A stretch of DNA of 32,895 nt. Origin: Octopus sinensis (lineage: Eukaryota). Location: the NCBI RefSeq assembly GCF_006345805.1, contig NW_021832775.1, forward strand, positions 1-32,895, given 5' to 3'. The notes below the pieces were generated by a model. That model was not told where the DNA came from, made no database searches, and worked only from the letters and a program-made list of their open reading frames with translations. Below are positions 1-9,144 of the stretch, in pieces (within the stretch, counting starts at the first letter, position 1; each line of letters opens with the position of its first letter). A program made the translations under genes and the position numbers.

Positions 1-49
1 AGATTAAAGCTGAAAGAGTCGTTCAATATCTGTTTAACTGGACCCTATT

Positions 50-277
50 TTTTTATTACCCACAAGGGGCTAATCATAGAGGGGATAAACAGGGACAGAC
101 AAATGGATTAAGTCGATTACATCAGCCCCAGTGCGTAACTGGTACTTAATTTGTCGACCCCGAAATAATTCAAAGGCAAAGTTGACCTCGGCAGAATGTG
201 AACTCAGAATGTAGCGGCAGACAAAATACCACAAAGCATTTCGACCGATGTGCTAACGTTTCTGCCAGCTCACCGCC
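50..277 (-). mobile_element. tRNA-derived SINE, family A, near full length, diverged
   Basis: Reverse complement aligns end to end with the intact copy at 30260-30490 (GGCGGTGAGCTGGCAGAAACGTTAGCAC...GGGGTCGACAAATTAAGTACCAG...GCCCCTTGTGGGTAATAAA). Confidence 0.85.
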
Positions 278-898
278 TTTAAACGGACACTATTAACGGA
301 TCAAAAAGATATTCAATATGTTCTCTCCAAAAACTATGCCTCTTAAAGGAATTTAGGGCCTCCATCGACAAAGTAAATTTCAGGAACGAGATTATTTTTA
401 TGCATGTCCACATTGCAAGAAATACATCTTGCTGGAACTTTAAAATAGGGCACAGAAACATTATAAACAATTAAAGTCTAACTTACAGCTTTTAGACGTT
501 TGTTAACAGTAACATTGGTTAGTCACTGGTGTTTTTCTTTTCGTTTTCTTCACTATTTAAAATGCCATCTTCATAAAAAGCAACTGAGGAAGGGTCTTGT
601 TCTCAGCCGGAAAAATGGCGAAATATGTGTGTATATACACATATATATATACGTATATATATATAAATAATTTTAAATAATTCGAAAATGTAGACAACTT
701 TAGATCAACAAATCAACTGGACAGCATCTGTATCTTATTATTATTATTTAATACAGAACATGACGTAAGATAGCATTTATGCGACATAACAATTCTTACG
801 GCCGTTTCCGCTTCGGATGTCAGTCAGTGCCTACAAAAGAATTCCGAAAATAATATTCTTCATATTCTTAGGATATTCGGAATAGAACATGCAGATTC

Positions 899-900
<2 letters not shown>

Positions 901-960
<60 letters not shown>

Positions 961-990
961 GTCTGTGTGTGGATATATATATATATATAT
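901..990. repeat. (TA)n microsatellite
   Basis: Direct read; abuts the left end of the 484-bp array. Confidence 0.95.
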
Positions 991-1216
991 TTTATTAATC
1001 AATATAGGGTGGAAAAAATTCTGTAGAATTTCTTGCCACCAGCGGCCTAGTGGGAAAAAAATAAATAGTCATAGACCATTTATAAGTTCAACATCACAAT
1101 CAAGGAACGGCCATAATAGGCCATTCACCCACTAGAAATAACAGCCAAAGCTTCAACCGCAAAAATAACATTAATTCCGCAAACCAGGAGAAAATTAAAA
1201 AAACATTTACCCTGTA

Positions 1217-1323
1217 ATTCTTATACGATGCACCGTTGCATCTATTGTTTAATGGTTAAACTAACCTGATTAAATTAAATCAAGCCAATCTTCCATAGGC
1301 CCTTAGATTCGTCAGTAAGAAAT
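1217..1323 (-). ncRNA. Type I hammerhead ribozyme, unit 1 (core GAAA reads GCAA: mutated or sequencing error)
   Basis: Same fold as 4601-4707, but the plus strand reads CCGTTGCATCTA instead of CCGTTTCATCTA. Confidence 0.65.
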
Positions 1324-1706
1324 AGCCAGAAAGGAACAGATATTTTCACGAGGCACTTCTGTCCCTGCCTCGGCAATATCTGACCTAAAATTTTCAAATC
1401 ATCGCACTCGCGCCAAATTTATCGGCAGCAAATAAATATAAGCCGCCGATTCCATTACGGAATCAACCAGAAAATTCATAATTAATCAATATAGGGTGGC
1501 AAAAAAATTCTGTAGAATTTCTTTGCCACCAGCGGCCTAGTGGGGGAAAAAATTAAATAGTCATAGACCATTTATAAGTTCAACATCAAATCAAGGAACG
1601 GCCATAATAGGCCATTTACCAACTAGAAATAACAGCCAAAGCTTCAACCGCCAAATAACATTAATTCCGCAAACCAGGAGAAAATTAAAAAAACATTTAC
1701 CCTGTA

Positions 1707-1811
1707 ATTTCTTATACGATGCACCGTTTCATCTATGTTTAATGGTAAACTAACCTGATAAATTAAATCAAGCCAATCTTCCATAGGCCCTTAGATTCGT
1801 CAGTAAGAAAT
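1707..1811 (-). ncRNA. Type I hammerhead ribozyme, unit 2
   Basis: Minus strand reads ATTTCTTA-CTGACGA-ATCTA...TAGAT-GAAA-CGGTGCATCG-TA-TAAGAAAT: intact core and stems I-III. Confidence 0.88.
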
Positions 1812-2187
1812 AGCCAGATCGGAACAGATATTTTACGAGGCACTTCTGTCCTGCCTCGGCAATATCTGACCTAAAATTTTCAAATCATCGCACTCGCGCC
1901 AAATTATCGGCAGCAAATAAATATAAGCCGCCGATTCCATTACGGAATCAACCAGAAAGTTCATATTAATCAATATAGGGTGGCCAAAAAAAATTCTGTA
2001 GAATTTCTTTGCCACCAGCGGCCTAGTGGGAAAAAAATAAATAGTCATAGACCATTTATAAGTTCAACATCACATCAAGGAACGGCCATAATAGGCCATT
2101 CACCCACTAGAAATACAGCCAAAGCTTCAACCGCAAAATAACATAATTCCGCAAACCAGGAGAAAATTAAAAAAACATTACACTGTA

Positions 2188-2293
2188 ATTTCTTATACGA
2201 TGCACCGTTTCATCTATTGTTTAATGGTAAACTAACCTGATTAAATTAAATCAAGCCAATCTTCCATAGCCCTTAGATTCGTCAGTAAGAAAT
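2188..2293 (-). ncRNA. Type I hammerhead ribozyme, unit 3
   Basis: Same intact core and stems as unit 2. Confidence 0.88.
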
Positions 2294-2669
2294 AGCCAGA
2301 TAGGAACAGATATTTTCACGAGGCACTTCTGTCCCTGCCTCGGCAATATCTGACCTAAAATTTTCAAATCATCGCACTGGGCGCATTTATCGGCAGCAAA
2401 TAAATATAAGCCGCGATTCCATTACGGAATCAACCAGAAAATTCATAATTAATCAATATAGGGTGGCAAAAAATTCTGTAGAATTCTTTGCCACCAGCGG
2501 CCTAGTGGGAAAAAATTAAATAGTCATAGACCATTTATAAGTTCAACATCACAATCAAGGAACGGCCATAATAGGCCATTCACCCACTAGAAATAACAGC
2601 AAAGCTTCAACCGCAAAATAACATTAATTCCGCAAACCAGGAGAAAATTAAAAAAACATTTACCCTGTA

Positions 2670-2772
2670 ATTTCTTATACGATGCACCGTTTCATCTATG
2701 TTTAATGGTAAACTACCTGATTAAATAAATCAAGCCAATCTCCATAGGCCCTTAGATTCGTCAGTAAGAAAT
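2670..2772 (-). ncRNA. Type I hammerhead ribozyme, unit 4
   Basis: Same intact core and stems as unit 2. Confidence 0.88.
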
Positions 2773-3149
2773 AGCCAGATCGGAACAGATATTTTCACGA
2801 GGCACTTCTGTCCCTGCCTCGGCAATATCTGACCTAAAATTTTCAAATCATCGCACTCGCGCCAAATTTATCGGCAGCAAATAAATATAAGCCGCCGATT
2901 CCATTACGGAATCAACCAGAAAGTTCATAATTAATCAATATAGGGTGGCAAAAAATTCTGTAGAATTTCTTTGCCACCAGCGCCTAGTGGGAAAAAATTA
3001 AATAGTCATAGACCATTTATAGTTCAACATCACAATCAAGGAACGGCCATAATAGCCATTCACCCACTAGAAATAACACCCAAAGCTTCAACCGCAAAAT
3101 AACATTAATTCCGCAAACCAGGAGAAAATTAAAAAAACATTTACCTGTA

Positions 3150-3256
3150 ATTTCTTATACGATGCACCGTTTCATCTATTGTTTAATGGTAAACTAACCT
3201 GATTAAATTAAATCAAGCCAATCTTCCATAGGCCCTTAGATTCGTCAGTAAGAAAT
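3150..3256 (-). ncRNA. Type I hammerhead ribozyme, unit 5
   Basis: Same intact core and stems as unit 2. Confidence 0.88.
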
Positions 3257-3636
3257 AGCCAGATCGGAACAGATATTTTCACGAGGCACTTCTGTCCCTG
3301 CCTCGGCAATATCTGACCTAAAATTTTCAAATCATCGCACTCGCGCCAAATTTATCGGCAGCAAATAAATATAAACCGCCGCGATCCATACGGAATCAAC
3401 CAGAAAGTTCATAATTAATCAATATAGGGTGGCAAAAAATTCTGTAGAATTTCTTTGCCACCAGCGGCCTAGTGGGAAAAAATTAAATAGTCATAGACCA
3501 TTTATAAGTTCAACATCACAATCAAGGAACGGCCATAATAGGCCATTCACCCACTAGAAATAACAGCCAAGCTTCAACCGCAAAATAACATTAATTCCGC
3601 AAACCAGGAGAAAATTAAAAAAACATTTACCCTGTA

Positions 3637-3741
3637 ATTTCTTATACGATGCACCGTTTCATCTATTGTTAATGGTAAACTAACGTGATTAAATTAATCA
3701 AGCCAATCTTCCATAGGCCCTTAGATTCGTCAGTAAGAAAT
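3637..3741 (-). ncRNA. Type I hammerhead ribozyme, unit 6
   Basis: Same intact core and stems as unit 2. Confidence 0.88.
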
Positions 3742-4037
3742 AGCCAGATAGGAACATATTTTCACGAGGCACTTCTGTCCCTGCCTCGGCAATATCTGAC
3801 CTAAAATTTTCAAATCATCGCACTCGCGCCAAATTTATCGGCAGCAAATAAATAAAGCCGCCGATTCCATTACGGAATCAACCAGAAATTCATAATTAAT
3901 CAATATAGGGTGGCAAAAAATTCTGTAGAATTTCTTTGCCACCAGCGGCCTAGTGGGAAAAAATTAAATAGTCATAGACCATTTATAAGTTCAACATCAC
4001 AATCAAGGAACGGCCATAATAGGCCATTCACCCACTA

Positions 4038-4831
4038 TTAATGTTATTTTGCGGTTGAAGATTTGGCTGTTATTTCTAGTGGGTGAATGGCCTATTATGG
4101 CCGTTCCTTGATTGTGATGTTGAACTTATAATGGTCTATGGAAGATTGGCTTGATTTAATTTAATCAGTTAGTTTACCATTAAAAAACATAGATGAAACG
4201 GTGCACCGTATAAGAAATTACAGGGTAAATGTTTTTTTAATTTTCTCCTGGTTTGCGGAATTAATGTTATTTTGCGGTTGAAGCTTTGGCTGTTATTTCT
4301 AGTGGGTGAATGGCCTATTATGGCCGTTCCTTGATTGTGATGTTGAACTTATAAATGGTCTATGACTATTTAATTTTTTCCCACTAGGCCGCTGGTGGCA
4401 AAGAAATTCTACAGAATTTTTTTGCCACCCTATATTGATTAATTATGAATTTTCTGGTTGATTCCGTAATGGAATCGGCGGCTTATATTTATTTGCTGCC
4501 GATAAATTTGGCGCGAGTGCGATGATTTGAAAATTTTAGGTCAGATATTGCCGAGGCAGGGACAGAAGTGCCTCGTGAAAATATCTGTTCCGATCTGGCT
4601 ATTTCTTACTGACGAATCTAAGGGCCTATGGAAGATTGGCTTGATTTAATTTAATCAGGTTAGTTTACCATTAAACAATAGATGAAACGGTGCATCGTAT
4701 AAGAAATTACAGGGTAAATGTTTTTTTTAATTTTCTCCTGGTTTGCGGAATTAATGTTATTTTGCGGTTGAAGCTTTGGCTGTTATTTCTAGTGGGTGAA
4801 TGGCTTATTATGGCCGTTCCTTGATTGTGAT
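4038..4831 (+). mobile_element. Inverted arm of the 484-bp array (two segments, about 1.6 units in total)
   Basis: Reverse complement of the array unit, with an internal jump at CTATG 4136-4140; ends in (TA)n. Confidence 0.92.
4601..4707 (+). ncRNA. Type I hammerhead ribozyme in the inverted arm; predicted cleavage 3' of GUA (after 4699)
   Basis: Stem I ATTTCTTA(4601-08)/TAAGAAAT(4700-07); CTGACGA 4609-15; stem II ATCTA(4616-20)/TAGAT(4679-83); GAAA 4684-87; stem III A-CGGTGCATCG-T. Confidence 0.9.
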
Positions 4832-4853
4832 ATATATATATATATATGTAAGT

Positions 4854-5164
4854 GGAGGCGCAATGGCCCAGTGGTTAGGGTAGCGGACTCGCGGTCGTAG
4901 GCTCGCGGTTTCGATTCCTAGACCGGCGTTGTGAGTGTTTATTGAGCGAAGACACATAAAGCTCCACGAGGCTCCGGCAGGGTGGTGGTTGCGATCCCTG
5001 CTGTACACTTTCGCCACAACTTTCTCTCACTCTTTCTTCTGTTGGCCTGCTCGCTTAGCCAGCGAGGTGGCGTCATTTGAAGGCTAAAACACTGCGAAGC
5101 GCATTGTGACCAGCGATGTGTAGCTACATCTGATAGCCTGGTCGGTCACGGGGATCACGGTGAT
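4854..5164 (+). mobile_element. tRNA-derived SINE, family B, tail type 1
   Basis: A box (TGGCCCAGTGG) and B box (GTTTCGATTCC); matches 31626-31924 over its length. Confidence 0.85.
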
Positions 5165-5246
5165 GTATGTATAGAGAAAGAGAGAACGAGAGAGAGAGAG
5201 GTGTACTTGCATAGCAAGTGACTTGCTCTGAGATCGTGTGCTGGAA

Positions 5247-5504
5247 CGAAAGCAATTGCAGCGTGGAAGGTGTTTATAAGTGATTTAAGAAACACACAAA
5301 ATCCGTTAGATTCACTTCAACATTTAAATTGAAATTGTCAAAATTCAAAATTCTGTGCACCACGGAATTTTATCAGTGAACAGGTCGCGGTCTCAAAGCG
5401 ACGGAAATATTTTTACAAATTCAATTTAAATGTTGAAGTGAATTACAGATTTTGTGTGTTTCTTAAATGGCTTATAAACACCTTCCACGCATCAATTGTT
5501 TTCG
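5247..5504. mobile_element. Fold-back repeat element with ~95-bp inverted arms (probable Penelope-type end)
   Basis: 5247-5343 is an imperfect reverse complement of ~5410-5504 (GCGTGGAAGGTGTTTATAAG / CTTATAAACACCTTCCACGC; TTCACTTCAACATTTAAATTGAA / TTCAATTTAAATGTTGAAGTGAA). Confidence 0.75.
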
Positions 5505-5609
5505 TATAAATATATAGTTTCGAAATTCTGTGAATGTATATAGATCAGTATATCAGTTGAATAACGTTTAATCATAGTCTGGTTTTTACGTTTTTTATTA
5601 TGGAATTTT

Positions 5610-5661
5610 AACAAAATTAGCGCTTTCACACATGATGTACTCATCAGATTTCAAATGTGTT
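5610..5661 (-). ncRNA. Minimal type I hammerhead ribozyme
   Basis: Minus strand GAAAT-CTGATGA-GTACATCATGTGT-GAAA-GCGC-TA-ATTTT; palindromic stem III AGCGCT; CUA site. Confidence 0.75.
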
Positions 5662-5852
5662 AAACTGACAGTTGAGTTCTTATCAACTTTAGTACCTCTT
5701 AGAGCAGTCCAACCAGCTGAGTTTTAGAATATCCTTTTGATCAATCCGCATGCTCATAAAAATCATGGTTTTCCAGGCATACCGATATTCTATAACATAT
5801 TTATATTTATTAATCCAGATTATTAACTGGTTGTTATATTATTGCTGTTATT

Positions 5853-6216
5853 TCATTTCAGAACAGATTCGAACATTATAATAAATCGTTTTACTTTTAT
5901 CTTCCTTCCAACCTCACTTGCGTCATGTAGTTTGTGTAAAGGAAAAATTATATACATTTTCTAACCACATGCCTCTATATGTTTGCTCGGTGTTCCGGAT
6001 TTCTTGTCTGTGGACTCGTGAGCGTTCCGATAATGCATTCTCTGTTTCGCCTACATATAATAACTCGCAATTCGGACATTTAAGGCAGTAGATCAACTTT
6101 CTGCTTTTCAGTTCATATCTGAATTTGCGAAAATCTGTTCATTTTCTTGTTCTAATGGATCTACATATATGAGTGTATTGACACGTTCCACATCTGTTAT
6201 CATTACACTTCGATAC
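5853..6216 (-). pseudogene. Penelope-like element C-terminus: Cys-rich linker plus GIY-YIG endonuclease, frameshifted
   Basis: Manual translation gives VSKCNDNRCGTCQY (from 6216), then LIYCLKCPNCELLYVGETENALSERSRVHRQEIR (from 6096), SKHIEACG and IIFPLHKLHDASEVGRKIKVKRFIIMFESVLK*. Not present in the ORF track. Confidence 0.88.
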
Positions 6217-6337
6217 TATTAATGCAAAACCGCCATTTTTAAGAGTATGCGGATTGATCAAAAGATATTTTTTAAAATTCACATGGTTGGAGCGTTCTAA
6301 GAGGTGCTACAGTTGTCAAGAACTCAACTGTCAGTTA

Positions 6338-6389
6338 AACACATTTGAAATCTGATGCGTACATCATGTATGAAAGCGCTAAATATGTT
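6338..6389 (+). ncRNA. Hammerhead copy in the inverted arm, core mutated (CTGATGC)
   Basis: CTGATGC-GTACATCATGTAT-GAAA-GCGC-TA; mirror of 5610-5661. Confidence 0.6.
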
Positions 6390-6519
6390 AAAATACCAAA
6401 ATATAAAGTGTTAAAACCACACTAAGTTTTAACTTTATTCCACTGATTTATAAATATATATATATATGCGTGTGAGTGTGTGTGTGTGTGTGTATGTATG
6501 TATTAATTATATATATATA

Positions 6520-7087
6520 ATAGAAATATAAAATTTCTAAATATATCAGAGAGATATAAGCAGTGGTGGTACGATTGAGCAGTTGTATACTGTCAACTTA
6601 ACGTGAAAGTCCCATAAAGGGAATCACACCACCGCTATTTAGCCCTTGGAAGCAACATCGCTTCCTGTTCGCCTTGACACATTTCCTGTGTCCTTATGTT
6701 TACACGGGGGAGACAAGCTCCCCCATCTAGCTAAGCCTGCAACCAGAGACTAGTTTCTGAGTCTTGGCTCGTCATCAGTATGGAGTAGCATGGCTTACTA
6801 GCCGTAGATACCTGTCTAGACATTGTAAACATATATAATTCCAGTGAAATAAATCCACTGATCACAAAAAATAGAAATGTTAAGTTTCTAAATATCTCAG
6901 AGAGATATAAGCAGTGGTAACACGATAGAGCAGTTACAAACTGTCAACATAACGGGACGGTCCCATAAAGGGAATCACGCACCGCTATTTAACCCTAAGA
7001 AGCATCAACACTTCCTGTCAGCCTTGACACATTTCCTCTGTCCTTATGTTTACAAGGGGGAGACAAGCACCCCCATCCAGCTATGCC
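6520..7087 (-). mobile_element. ~351-bp unit in 1.6 diverged tandem copies with a hammerhead (second retrozyme/pLTR-like family)
   Basis: ATAGAAAT...GAGAGATATAAGCAGTGGT recurs at 6520 and 6871; starts at (TA)n; interrupted by another repeat at 7088. Confidence 0.8.
6733..6796 (-). ncRNA. Type I hammerhead ribozyme, GUC site
   Basis: Minus strand AAGCCATGCTACTCCATA-CTGATGA-C-GAG-CCAAGA-CTC-A-GAAA-CTAG-TC-TCTGGTTGCAGGCTT; palindromic ACTAGT stem III; extended stem I with an internal loop. Confidence 0.78.
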
Positions 7088-7528
7088 ATATGTGCGCGAC
7101 ATGGTGATCTCATATCAAGATAAACTGCACATGACCTTACAGGTGGGGGTCCCAGTTAGAATTTTCCTTTGGTCGAGTAAACCATCCCGCTTGAAACGAT
7201 CCCTGAATAAGGGTTAAGAATGTTGAACGAAACACACATGTTTTCAGAGGTGAATTATCCAAAGCCCAAAGAATCCCTCTCAATACATAGCCATGATGCT
7301 GACCCACAATTTCTGCTTGTGATCAGAGTTGCACATATGGCCAGCCACTAAGGGACATGCTCAACTGGTTAAGGTCAAGCAAATGGCAAGCAAATCTGTG
7401 GTATTGAGCAGAATATTTGCTGTAGCCCATATTTTATACCAAGACAAAACAATGTACACGATAACACTTTCAATCAGTTAAGATTAGAAGCCATGAGAGC
7501 CACTGTCTGCTACTGCATCAGAGCAAAT
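7088..7528 (-). mobile_element. Non-coding (TAA)n-associated interspersed repeat, family T, partial
   Basis: Aligns with 7978-8505 (opposite strand), 17378-17832 and 18636-19055; runs into a TTA/TTG microsatellite. Strand is nominal, taken as the TAA-reading strand. Confidence 0.8.
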
Positions 7529-7791
7529 TATTATTGTTGTTGTTGTTGTTCTTCTTCTTGTTCTTGTTATTGTTGTTGTTATTGTTATTGTTCTTCTTCT
7601 TCTTCTAGTTGTTGTCGTTGTTGTTGTTCTTCTTCTTCTTCTTATTATTATTATTGTCATCATCATCATCATCATCATCATATCATTATTATTATTATTA
7701 TTATTATTATTGTTGTTGTTGTTGTTGTTGTTGTTGGTGTTGTTATTATTATTATTATTATATTATCATCATCATTATTATTATTATTATC

Positions 7792-7832
<41 letters not shown>

Positions 7833-7837
7833 TATTA
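7529..7837. repeat. Compound trinucleotide microsatellite (TTG/TTC/TCA/TTA)
   Basis: Direct read. Confidence 0.95.
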
Positions 7838-7950
7838 AGGCCTGAAATTTGGTGGGAGGAGACTAGTCGGTTACATCTTCCTTAGTTTCTCACTGGTACT
7901 TAATTTATCAACTCCGAAAGGCAGAAAGACAAAGTCAACCTCGGTAGAAT
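7838..7950 (-). mobile_element. SINE family A central fragment
   Basis: CTGGTACTTAATTTATCAACTCCGAAAGG...AAAGTCAACCTCGG is the reverse complement of the family A core. Confidence 0.7.
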
Positions 7951-7977
7951 AACATATAGTAAGAAAATTATAACAAT

Positions 7978-8505
7978 AATAAATGCCCTAATGCAGTACC
8001 AGACAGTGGCTCTCATGGCTTCTGATCTTAACTGATTGGAAGTGTTATCGTGTACATTGTTTTGTCTTGGTATATATGACGGCCTACAGCAAATATTCTG
8101 TTCAGTATCATAGATTTGCTTGTCAATTGTTTGACCTTAACCAGTCGAGCATATGGCTTAGTGGCTGAACGATATGTGCATCTCTGAACACGAGCAAGAA
8201 TCGTGGGTGAGTATAATAGCTATGTGTTGAGAAGGATTCTTTGGGGTTTAAGTAATTCGCCACTAAAAACATGAGCGTCTTGTCCATCATCCTTAAACAA
8301 CCCTTATTCAGGGAGTTTTTGAGCGGGATGGGCTACTCGTCCTACCTGGGCCTCCACCTGCAAGGACATGTTTATCTTGATATGAGATCACCAGGTCTTG
8401 AACATATATATACTTGCTGTACTTCTATGGGACGGGTAGCATATTTCGCTTCGTATAATTTGTTCCCTAGTATCACCTTGATACTGTGTTCTGCTCTCTC
8501 ACACA
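7978..8505 (+). mobile_element. Family T repeat, near full length, diverged
   Basis: AATAAATGCCCTAATGCAGTACCAG...CTGCTCTCTCACAC; reverse complement of 18636-19055. Confidence 0.8.
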
Positions 8506-8508
8506 ATG

Positions 8509-8577
<69 letters not shown>

Positions 8578-8676
8578 ATGGTGGTGGTGGCGGCGGTGGT
8601 GTGGCGGCGGTGGTGGTGGTGGTAGTTGTAGTAGTAGTATTAGTAGTAATAGTAGTAGTAGTAGTAGTAGTAGCAC

Positions 8677-8735
<59 letters not shown>
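8509..8735. repeat. (TAG)n/(GTG)n microsatellite
   Basis: Direct read. Confidence 0.95.
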
Positions 8736-9000
8736 AATTAGCTGTTATTAGTCGCTGTCAAGCATTCATTGACTACATTCAGTCTCATTTTGAAGCGTAA
8801 GTGACAGAACGTTTTACATTCGATGTCTCTAAAGTGCACAATATTTCTCTCTGAGAAAAGAAAAAAGGAAAAAGAAAAAAAAACAGGGAATAAAAATGTT
8901 TTCTGTACCATTAACACAGACAATAAATGTATTTTCTCTTCCACGCTCACCTTCGCCTCTTACAAACGTAGACATTTGCTATCGATTGCAATATGCAATT

Positions 9001-9106
9001 CGCTCTCTCTCTTTCTCTCTCACTTTCTCTTTCTACTCCTCTTTTTCCCTCTCATTCTCTTTGTTTATGAATATATACAAATATATGTATATATATATAT
9101 GTATCA

Positions 9107-9144
<38 letters not shown>

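Larger units (their letters stand above)
992..4037 (-). mobile_element. Tandem array of a ~484-bp hammerhead-ribozyme-containing unit (retrozyme / Penelope pLTR-like), 6 full units plus a partial 7th
   Basis: Anchor AATCAATATAGGGTGG recurs at 997, 1484, 1968, 2451, 2933, 3417 and 3898 (periods 481-487). Units differ mostly by 1-nt indels. No coding capacity. One hammerhead per full unit on the minus strand. Confidence 0.9.
5540..6455 (-). mobile_element. 5'-truncated Penelope-like retroelement: GIY-YIG relic between inverted pLTR-like arms
   Basis: About 230-bp inverted arms (~5540-5775 and ~6225-6455), each with a hammerhead motif, enclose the GIY-YIG pseudogene. Ends are approximate. Confidence 0.85.

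Noticed and set aside
585-620. CTGAGGA...GGAAA hammerhead-like motif
   Set aside because: Weak stem II and no stem III, NUH site or stem I pairing.
992-4037. CRISPR array or ordinary centromeric satellite; ORF 1833..2048
   Set aside because: No repeat-spacer alternation and no cas genes. The ORF is not conserved between units. The ribozyme and inverted end fit a retroelement origin better.
4854-4925. tRNA gene (also 26665, 30260, 31626)
   Set aside because: A/B boxes continue into shared SINE bodies, so these are SINE heads rather than tRNA genes.
7978-8040. Twister or HDV-like ribozyme at the family T end
   Set aside because: Could not build the required pseudoknots by eye; needs a covariance-model search.
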